The notes below the pieces were generated by a model. The model was not told the origin of the DNA, did no database searches, and saw only the letters and a program-made list of their open reading frames with translations. A stretch of 64,000 bases of DNA from Flaccisagitta enflata (Eukaryota), in NCBI GenBank assembly GCA_965153355.1, contig OZ231126.1:30876001-30940000 (forward strand). The letters are read 5' to 3'. Numbering within the stretch: position 1 is the stretch's first letter; each line of letters opens with the position of its first letter. Shown in pieces: positions 53,738 to 64,000 of the stretch. Position numbers and translations under genes: made by a program.

Positions 53738-54076
53738 TAGGGTGACCAAAAATATGGTCAAATTCGAATTTCATCTTCCTTGCGGGAGAAATGTGACCAT
53801 TTCCATCACACATGATGACCCTAAAATCTGGTGATGATCAGATAAAGTCTACTCATGACCGCCACTCCCATCATATCCCATAGAAAATGCATAGGAAGGA
53901 TTCTGGTCTTATTCCAGCCCTATATTTTACAATGGGAAAAGGGGTTGGGTGGTGGTCATGAGTAAATTTTATCTGATCATCACCAGATTTTAGAGTCATC
54001 ATCTGTGGGGGAAATGGACACATTTCTCCCACGAGGAACACTAAATTCGGATTTGACCATACTTTCAGTCACCCTA
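53738..54076. mobile_element. Palindromic hAT-type MITE
   Basis: TAGGGTGA termini, about 125-bp arms; 8-bp TSD ATATACAT. Confidence 0.88.
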
Positions 54077-54250
54077 ATATACATAGAATTGTCCGTTTCT
54101 CCTTTACACAATGGTGTAAAAATCTTTTTGATGAGGGATGATGCGGGTATTGTCACTTTTTTTTGCAATAACAAGGCAAAAAATATTTTTTTAGGACTTT
54201 TTTTTTGCTTAACCCCTTATATTATCTGCCTCTAACAGAATTTAACTCCA

Positions 54251-54462
54251 TTTTTAGTTGTGTGCATGCAACTCTACAACCCGCTTTGTCCATCGGTTCG
54301 TCGGTTGGTTGGTTGGTCGGTCATTCGGTCGGTTGGTCGGTTGGTCACACTTTTTTATGATTTTATTACTTTGACCTCACTGCTCCTGCCCAAATGGTCT
54401 GGTGACCTCAAATATGGCCCCTGCCCACCCGCACGCGACTTTGGTAGCCGTGTACAGGCGTT
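54251..54462 (+). mobile_element. Family A HINE (close relative inverted at 56587-56792; others at about 38637, 48128, 50368)
   Basis: Shared body CTCACTGCTCCTGCCCAAATGGTCTGGTGACCTCAAATATGGCCCCTGCCCACC. Confidence 0.72.
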
Positions 54463-54651
54463 TATATTTTGAAAATCTTCCGAGGAGCAGCATTTTCCCT
54501 TATAAAATTTCCGACACACAGAATAAATAATAGACATGTCCACATATTTCTTCAACATCAGTTGTTAGTCAATTATCCGAGTTTAACTCAAATGCTTTGA
54601 CTTTTATAATGGCAAATTCACTGAAACTTTTTTTTATTTTTCCATCAGGTA

Positions 54652-55234
54652 TAAGGCCTTGCGGGTTTGGCCGTGAGAAGGCCGAGACTCGGTTTTGAGG
54701 TCAAACCCGAAATTCGGTTTTGCCTCCAGACCCGACTTTTTTTTCTATGATATTTTTGCTACTATATTGTTCTTTCAATCTTTCATTCATAAAATTATTT
54801 TGTACAGACAAAAGGGAAATACAAGATGTTAACACCCTAAAACTGTAGAACCCCCCCCCTTACAGCCGCAACCGCTGAATGAACTGAAAGAATGGAAGCT
54901 TATATCAATACAAGTAGCCTCATCAGAGCGATTTTGAAATTTCATTCCCAGTAAAGAGTTACAGCTTAAAAACTGGCCAAAATTAACACTTTTTGAATTA
55001 TGCTAAAAATACAATTTTTAACTGATTTTTTAACCATAACTCTTTCCTGAGAATGAAATTCTAATATTGCTCTGATGAGGCTAATAGTATTGATATAAAG
55101 TTCTATTCCCTGTTGTATTTATCTTTCTCTATTCTACGGTTGAGACTGAAAGGGAGGTGCTACAGTTTTTGGGGGTTAACTTCTTGTATTTCACTTTTGT
55201 CTGTATATTTTTCTTACTTTAATGATGATATGAG

Positions 55235-55318
<84 letters not shown>

Positions 55319-55725
55319 TTCTCTTTCTCTCTCTCTTTCTACTTAGTTGCATTTATTTCTGTGTTTATTTCTCATTGTGCTGTTCAAACTTATTTTTTCC
55401 CCTTTTATGCTCATCTTTTTCTCAGCTTTTCTGCTGTCTCAGTGCTGTCTCAGTGTGTTTGTGTCTGTGTCCCTGTCTCTGTGAGTAGGTCTGTTTTTTT
55501 TTTCCTGTGTTTCTTAATTTTCTTTTTTCTTCTGTTTTTTTTTCTTTCTTTCTCTCATTTTTTCTCTCATTTTTTTTTCTCTCATTTTTTTCTGTGGCAA
55601 ATAACCTGACATCTTTTTGTTACAATATTTACTTATAAAAACCCGTCATAAACCCGAGGAAAGGTTTTGAGGTATTCCGAACCCGAACCGAAACCGCGGA
55701 AAAAAACGCCATACGCAAAGCCTTA
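54652..55725. mobile_element. hAT-type non-autonomous element
   Basis: TIR TAAGGC(C/T)TTGCG; 8-bp TSD ATCAGGTA; subterminal ACCCG/AACCG repeats. Confidence 0.85.
54833..55175. mobile_element. piggyBac-like palindromic MITE nested in the hAT element
   Basis: TTAA|C.CCC.AAAACTGTAG...CTACAGTTTTTGGGGG|TTAA. Confidence 0.75.
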
Positions 55726-56237
55726 ATCAGGTACATCAATTTATCAATCATATTTGTTTTATTTGCTCATTGATTCTTTAATTGATTGATTCATTGATTG
55801 ATTCATTTATTCATTCAAGACCTCAAACAATGTCAATACCATTGCTCAAAAAGATGCATCATTGACCTACTTGGTCTGAAAAAATTTGACAAAAATACCA
55901 TTGGACAGCAGACAAGCGTGATATATCTTTGATCAATGCTTGCTTGGGCGCAGCCAAAAAGGTTCGCAAAATGAAGAGAAATACTTTCTATCTGTTTTAC
56001 AAGCACCAATATGCCAGACAAGGATAATTTTTTTTTTCATTGTTAATGCTGGCAATGGAGAAAAACAAGAAAACTAAAGAAAGAAGTTAAAGGTTAAGAA
56101 TGTAAATCACAAAAAAGGAATAAAACAGTGAGCATCTTGGCCGAGGCTGCAAAAGGTGATTACAACCATCACCTTAAGCCTTTCTTTCCTTTCTTTCCTT
56201 CATCTCTTCTCTTTCTTTCTTTCTTTTTTTCTTTCAT

Positions 56238-56285
<48 letters not shown>

Positions 56286-56349
56286 TCCATCTTTCTATCC
56301 ATCTTTCTTTCTTTCTGTCTGTCTGTATTTCTGTCTGTCTTTCTGTCTG

Positions 56350-56383
<34 letters not shown>

Positions 56384-57201
56384 TTTCTTTCTCTCTTTCT
56401 TTGTTTCTTTTTTTCTTTCTTTTTTTTTTGCTTTCTTTTCTTTCCCTTCCATGATTTTCCGACACGCTTTATGCATTTCCGAGGAGCGGCGCTCCTCGCT
56501 CCTTCAAAATATGAACGCCTGGCCGTGTATCCGGCATTGTTTTCTCCCCTCCTCACAGCAAGAGATATAAAAGAGATAAGCTTATGAACAAGGCCGGATA
56601 CACGGCTACCGAAGTCGCGTGTGGGTGGGCAGGGGCCATATTTGAGGTCACCAGACCATTTGGGCAGGAGCAGTGAGGTCAAAGAAGTAAAATCATAAAA
56701 AAAGTAAAGTGTGACGGACCAACGGACCAACGGACCAACCGACCGACCATCGGACAAAGCGGGTTGTAGAGTCGCGTACACGCAACTAAAAATCTTTCAT
56801 TTTTTTCCTCGAAATTTGCTATTTCAGCCATCGTGCAGGCGTGAGACCAGACAGGAGTTGTTGTTTTAATGGACACTTGTTCGAGATCTGAGGAGAATAG
56901 TCGCCGTCACCCAACGCCGTGCCGCGCCGTCCCTTGAGGAAGAAATGCGTTTTGCGGGTAATTAGAGAAGTCTTTTGAGTACAGTAGCACACAATAGCGA
57001 GGGTAGAGGGTAAGGGTAGAGGATGGAGCTATTTTGACATTTCATTAAAAGTACAACCTTATAAGGGATAATTCTTCAGGGCAAGTTACATGAAATCGTG
57101 AATGAAACTGAGGGATTTAGGCAGTCAGGTGAATCATACGCTAGTCCTGAACAAGCCAGGGATTGAAATTGGGAAATTTTTCAAAATTCTAAATTTTGAT
57201 A

Positions 57202-57770
57202 CAGAAGATGTCGTCTAGACTTGGAAATACTGGGGAATTCATTACAGGAAGACAAATAAACTTAAGAGACTGATATTTGGAATGTAGACTAATAAAAAGA
57301 TGCTTTATTGCCCATCGGTGTTAGTTGCCATGGAAACACATTTCTACAAATTCACTCTAAAGTATAAACATTTTGAGAAATTTTTTGAGGGAACATTGTT
57401 AAAAATATAATTGGCTACAACTTTCACTCTTTATGTTCTGTAAGAATATTGCTGGTTAAGCCGTTGCTAGGGAGTGTAACTATGTGTGACAACTCTGTGA
57501 TGCTCCTTAGCAACCGCCAAACGAGCGATATTCTTACAGAACATATTGTGGGAAAGTTGTAGCAAATTTTATTTCAAAAAATGTTCCCTCAAAAAAATTC
57601 TCAAAATATGGATACTTTGGCATGAATACATGGAAATGTGTTTCCATAGCAACCAACACCTATAGGCAATGAAGCATCCTTTTATTAGTTTATATTCCAA
57701 ATATCAGTTTCTTCAGTTTGTTTTCCTGTAATAAATTCCCCCGTATTCCCAAATCTAGATGACATCTACT
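57202..57770. mobile_element. Palindromic MITE (about 270-bp arms)
   Basis: AGATGTCGTCTAGACTTGGAAATAC... mirrored by ...GTATTCCCAAATCTAGATGACATCT; right TSD not visible. Confidence 0.72.
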
Positions 57771-57876
57771 CACTGGGGGGGGGGGGAAACTCAAGAATAT
57801 ACAGGCCTGCATCTACTGTATATCTACGGTTTTGACTATACACAAAAAAAGACACACACACAAACACACTCACACC

Positions 57877-57988
<112 letters not shown>

Positions 57989-58852
57989 GCCAAATTGGAT
58001 CGTTTGAAAGCTTTTTAGCTTGAAAACAATTCAACCAATGTTTTGGTAATAGGCTAAATAATGTTTGACTTAAGCATAAAATTGATAAATCAAAAATAAG
58101 AAGGAAGGAGGAAAAGAAGGAGAGACATAGGAAGAACTATTGAAGTCAAGATCGTATTTGCATATTGCAGTTCTATGATGACAGCTCCGTTGTAATTTCG
58201 TTAATTTGTTATTCAGTCAATTTGAGTTGAAATCATAACTTTAACTTAATTTCTGTTCTATATAGATGAATAAAGATAAGGGAGTACGAGTGATAGGTGA
58301 GTTAAAATATTGTCTCAGATACTCAATTTTCATGTCAGTGGGCCCAAAATATGAGGTATTCCACCAATTTTGAAGCTGTCGCTCAAAAAAAACCCCGCGG
58401 ATGGCCCCAAAAACTGATTTTCGCAATATTTTTGTCGATTTTTGAGCGTTTTTTTTTAAGTTGCTGAAACTTTTCACATTTTGTCCCCCTAGTCATACTA
58501 ATATTGTTCATGACATGTCTTAGAAGTGTAATTGTTCCTATTGAATGAAAATAACTTGATATTTTAGCTATTGTTGGGTGAAAAATGGTAAGAATTCAAG
58601 AAAAATAAGTAAAAATCGGTAATTTTTACTGAAATGATGTTATCTAGCTTTTTAACTAGCTCCTAAGCATCATATTGTAATAACCTAGCAAAATTTAAGT
58701 TCAGAAAGTAATTATGATGAAATGATATCAATCTACTAACTCAATTTTAGTCAAACAAGAAAAAGTTCTAAGGAATGGCGATACAACCAACAAATTCATG
58801 AAATGAGCGTAAGAGGGAAAGTTGAATAAAAAATCAGATCATGCATGAAATT

Positions 58853-60930
58853 TTAAAAAAGAATTGTCCTCATTGTGCTACTACTCCGGTACATCTTGGT
58901 TGATGAGTTGTCCCCAAAGAGTCTCAATGACCTCTCTGTTGAGAAGACCAAATCTTTTCTCTTAATATTTTTGGCCAATGTAACAGAGGGCCTGATTTCA
59001 AGCACATGCTTCTTTTCAAAGTGATCTACTTCTTCTTCAGTTGGGTAGATCCTGTATGTTTTTCCCACATCATCTTTTGCACAAGTTTTCAGAGTGGTGA
59101 GGGCTTGAACACAAATGGTATCTTGCTCCTGGTTGTAAAATTGGACTGACCCAAAGTTCCAACCATCTTCTTCCAAAGTAATAACAAACTCCTCCTCCTC
59201 AAGAGGCCATTGGAAATCCAGTTCAGATTCTGCTGAAGTGGGTGCTGCAGATTTTTTTCTCTTAGTTTGAGACTGGGCAGCAGGAGAATCAAGCAAGTCA
59301 GTTGCTTCATAGACATCTTCAACTGTAATAACTTCTTGATTGAATTGGTCAACAGAATGTAATGCCAGCAAATTTTCATATATTTGTTTGGAACTGATGT
59401 TGTATTGCTTGAAGTAAACAAAGTCACTGGGCAACTCAGAAAACATGATTTTTTTCAATTTGATTTCTCTGCGCAAAATGGCCAGCTTATCTTGCTCCTT
59501 CAACATCTTGATTCGGTTGTAGCATATGTGAACTTCATCTTGAGATGTCAATGGGGCATCATACTTATGTTTCTTGCCATTATCTCAGCACAAAGCCATT
59601 GCTTTGGTTTTTGACTGCTCTCTGGCCAGCTTATCTGCTTCTGGGTCAGTGAGAGCAAGTTTGGACCTCATCAAATCCTTCTGGGCCCTGGAGTAGTCTG
59701 CTTCAATTTCTGCAACATCCTTTTGCCTGGATTTCAACACTTTGTCTTTGAGCATGCTTTCAGCTCCTTTTCCAAATGCTATATCTGCACTTGATTTGAG
59801 TACCAGTATGTCACTTATAGCCTGAAATGCTGAACCTCCTTTAGCTTTGAGCTGTTGTGAGAAATGCCCAAAGTAGTTTTTTCCTGCTTTGTTGTCCACG
59901 GTATAGATGCTTAACCGTTAATGATTAACGGTTAATTCACCATTAATATAATCATTAATCATCGAAATAGTTAAATAGGATTAACCATTAACTGTTCTTC
60001 CATATCAATTATCAAGTCTTTGTTTTGCTATCACCTCATCATAAGATGATGCGAATTTACCAAATTAAAAAGAAAAAAGGAAAAAAAAAAGAATAAAAGA
60101 AAAAAGAATAAAAAAATAAAGATTTCCATTCATTTGTCTACAATCATCCATGCCTGCTTTCTGTCTGGTTATCAATGACTACATGTGTTTGTGCTTTATC
60201 TGTTATTGCCAATGCGAGTGTGTGGGTGTGTGTTGGGTGCTTGTGTGTGGGTGTGTATGCGTGTATGTCACTTTGTGTATGAATGTGTAAAAGATTGTTT
60301 TAGGTGTTCATTTTTGAGTGTGTAGGTTTGCAGGTTTTATCAATGAATAAATTGTGTTTGACAGGGATCAAATTAGTAAATTTGTATACAGAGAATTACT
60401 GTATTGGAAAGGCAAAATTTTTTTCTCAAGAAAACAAAAAGGCAAAATCATGAAAAGTTTTTTTTAATCAGAGTATTAAACTCTCATTTTCTTTTATATC
60501 GAGTTTGTGCATTTCATGACTTTTTAGCAAATTTCCTTTTTTGAGGAAGTGAACTACGAGATTCTTGTATCGTTTGCATGGTACAAAAATTAATTGTTAA
60601 CGGTGATTATTATGAAATTTTGATTGAGGGTCGATGATTAATGATTTGATTAACTGTAAGCATTGATAGTCCACGGGAATTTTTCGAAGTTCGTCCTCCG
60701 TGAATATTTCTGAAAATGGCTTCAAGTGTGTCTTACCAAGAGTGCCTGCTGCTTTCTTTTCACAGTAGTCTTTATACTCAGGTCATATCGCTGAAGGTGC
60801 TTGCGAAATGACTCCAACCATTCTTTCTTGTACTCTGATAAATCCATCAACAAGGGCAGGAAGAGCATGCCTTTCGATTGAGTGAAACCATAGTCCTGGA
60901 TTTGGTTCCATCATCTGTTTATACAGATTT
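58853..60930 (-). pseudogene. Disrupted transposase-like ORF (C-terminal part)
   Basis: ORFs 59585-59899 and 58853-59551 are in frame across one TGA; the frame continues across the 59902-60668 insertion as ...FTEDELRKIPVDNKAGKNYFGHF; family not recognised. Confidence 0.6.
59902..60668. mobile_element. hAT-type MITE inserted in the ORF
   Basis: 8-bp TSD GTCCACGG (59894-59901, 60669-60676); TIR TAT..ATGCTTA; subterminal TTAA-rich repeats. Confidence 0.82.
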
Positions 60931-62054
60931 TAAAAAATTGTGCGAAGAGCTAAATGATGTGGTCTGGGTTGTTGGCCCATCATGAGGGGGGAGAGAGTGT
61001 AACTGAAAAGAAGCTACTGAGCTAGTTTAAATCAACGAAATGTTTTTTTTTTTTAAGAGAAATGATACAGATACATCCAAAACACATATTAGATTCATGT
61101 TTTTGAGAAATATTGATCCTGCCTGGTTAGTGCTTAACTTTTTTTATAAATTTAAACTTAGAATGAACAAAAAAACTTTTAAAATCTGACTTAATGCAAA
61201 AAATCGCCTAAAAATTAGTCGCGATTTGGTTTTGAGCCCATCCGCGGGTTTTTTTTTCACCTACTGAGTTCTGATTGGTGATTTGCCACTAAGTAGGGTC
61301 CCACTCATAGGTTTATTGAGTATCTGAGGCCATTTTTTGAGGTCGGCTCATTTTTGGGAAATCTCGTACAGTTGAACCCCGCTCTAACGGACCCGCCACC
61401 AACGGAATTCCGCCTATAACAGACACAAATTCATGGACCCTTCAAGATAATTTCTTTTATTTCCTCTGTTGGCAATAACAGAAGTCTGCTTATAACAGAA
61501 GAAAATTGTTGGTCCCCTGAAATCCGTTAGAGCGGGGTATAACTGTACTCCCTTAATAAAGAAAACCCTTACTGCAAATCAGATTTATTAGATGACCAAG
61601 CACTTGAAAAATAACCATGTGTTAGAGATTGTGTCCTTTGCTGCGAGACTAGCGATTATATCGCTAATTCTAGCGAATATTGGGGCTTCCTAGTGACAAC
61701 TTTCTGCCATCTAGCGATTGGCGAATTATCTAGCAATTTTCTCTGAGACACCTAGCGAATCTAGCTATTTCTAGTAAATTCTAGCTATTGCGAGCTAATT
61801 TTAGCTATTTTCTAAAAAAATACTCGTTTTTCTAACTAAATTTTACCATTTCTCCTCTTTTCTACTCTGTACTTCAGTTGCAAATCAACTGTGTGATGAC
61901 CAGATTGTGAATTTTTTGAACCTGTTCGTTATCATTTTGACTTTAAGCTACACATCTTTGCTAGTTAATGACTGGTGGTCGAGAAAGGCCCTATGATTCT
62001 GGATTTCAACACAAACTTTGTCAAGAACGATCAGAATGAGCAATAGTGAAAGGG

Positions 62055-62265
62055 TTTTTAGTTGCGGACACACAACTCTATAAGAGGCTTTGTCCATCCG
62101 TTGGTCCATTCGTTGATCCATCCGTCCGTGAGCACAAGTTGAAAAGTAGGCAAGTGAACGCTTTTGACGCTTGTGTGCGGTTGGGGGGTGCGTTGGGTCC
62201 AAATGGGGGTTGGATGCCCCTGCCTACCCATCCGCAACGATATTGTGACCCCGCGTCACTTGTTT
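62055..62265 (+). mobile_element. HINE-like family C (other copies at about 27218-27472, 33655-33895, 45200-45428)
   Basis: AGTTGCG-GACA-C(G)CAACT + CTATAAGAGGC, GTCC repeats, 3' TCCGCAAC, GTGAC-CCCGC-GTCAC hairpin, TTGTT. Confidence 0.7.
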
Positions 62266-63515
62266 GCGTTCTATTCTATATGACTCATACAACACATTTA
62301 TTAACAGGAAACTAATGATTTTTTTGACAATCGACTCCTAGTTATCTTCAGTGGCATATGTAGCGATGGATACATATGACTTTCATTATTTCAGAGTAAA
62401 CCAAATAAAACTGATCAAGGCATTTTTGTCGCTGTCCATTAAAAGAAACTTTAATTACTAAACGTTTCAATTCCCCAATACCTAACCCCTATGCCCTAAG
62501 TTTCCAGTTTAAGTCTCTAAGAAATAAATGGGATAACAATGGTTAACAAATGATATTCTCTAAAGCCCTATCTTCTCTTCCGCCTATAAATAGACAAGTA
62601 ATGGTATGTTTATTGATTTTGTCATGACCTTATTACATATGTTGCCCAACTTTCATATCTTTTCTTGATTTTATTCAAATGCATGTAGTTCAGGATTGAC
62701 CATCCTATGGGACAAAAACTGCGCACTTCCAGAGTCAGTTTACTTTTTGATACTCTACCCTACAAATATCTGACAAATTTGCTATTCTTTTTCCTCGCAG
62801 GGTGCTATAAATGCCTTCTAATGATGAGCAACTTTTGGAAGCATAAACATGGGAAAAATCGGCAACATTTTGACATCGCAATTATGACATAAGGGTTGAA
62901 TTAGGCATTATTTGAATCGAATTGAAATCAAATTTTCTTACTACCCAAAAATACCACCAAATAGCTATCTTCAGTCCAAATTTCATGTTACTGGAGCTAT
63001 TTTTACTATGGAAACTACATCTTTACATTTTCCGCATAATTTTTGCACATGTGTTAGCCTCTAAGGTTAATATTTTTACAACATTGCCCCAGGTAATTAG
63101 CTTATCTTTTGATAACCAATTCATCCTCAGATGATTTGTCATTTTTAACAATTGGAATGAAACAGGCATGTATAAAGTTGAGCATTTTCCCCCCCCCGGC
63201 GGGGGGGGGGGGAATAAAATCAAAGGGTTTGGAGATAGGGAAAAAAAATCAAAAGCTAAAAAAGAAGAAAAAAGAAATTTTTTGAAGATTTAATACTTTT
63301 GATAGTTCCAAATGGTAGTCTCTGATTACTACAAAACATTTTAACACTATTCAAACCTATCATATACTATTTTATTGCTACTTTTCATATCATTTTTCAT
63401 TGCATATTTTTCATTGATCCCTATTTTTGGCCTTATGTAACAATATGGAATTATAAAGATGTTACGCAAATTGACTCCAAGTTTTATGATGCTAGCTTTT
63501 GCATTTTACTCTGTC

Positions 63516-63838
<323 letters not shown>

Positions 63839-64000
63839 GACAGAGGACAGAGAAAAAAGAGACACAGGGAGACAGAGATTGAATTACAAAATTAGACAAC
63901 CAATCAACCTAACATCATGAGATGCACACACAGAAAAACATACACTTGAAAAAGAGACCCATCTACAACTGTTCTCTGGTCGGCGATTAACCGCCTTTAT

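Larger units (their letters stand above)
58280..61552 (-). mobile_element. Decayed DNA transposon with (T/A)TAA flanks and GGGAGTACGAG termini (Kolobok-like ends)
   Basis: About 140-bp imperfect TIRs sharing CTCAGATACTCAAT and AAAAAAACCC.GCGGATGG; right TIR split by the MITE at 61369-61545. Confidence 0.7.

Overview
Repeat-rich animal (probably invertebrate) genomic DNA; no prokaryotic features. There is one complete protein-coding gene: a minus-strand, 7-exon M13 zinc metallopeptidase (neprilysin/ECE-like) at 31-29636. All its GT-AG junctions are phase-compatible, giving 2187 nt and 728 aa. Its 20.4-kb intron 4 holds a nested stack of elements: a Helentron-type non-autonomous element, a hAT element (8-bp TSD), a young BEL/Pao-type LTR element (near-identical LTRs, 5-bp TSD, gag but no pol), a CAC...GTG foldback element (4-bp TSD), and further MITEs. 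The main observation is that the LTR element has no tRNA-type (TGG) primer-binding site. Instead, the 12 nt abutting the 5' LTR are perfectly complementary to a 12-mer about 135-147 nt inside the LTR, next to an initiator-like motif, and a U5-leader stem lies adjacent. This matches the architecture of Tf1-type self-primed reverse transcription, here in an element with a BEL/Pao gag. The rest of the window (30-64 kb) is microsatellites, minisatellites, DINE-1/HINE-like elements, many MITEs, a ~5-kb foldback element carrying inverted ~175-bp satellite arrays, and a decayed DNA transposon with an ORF remnant. Coordinates were read by eye; superfamily labels rest on termini and TSD rules, not database searches.
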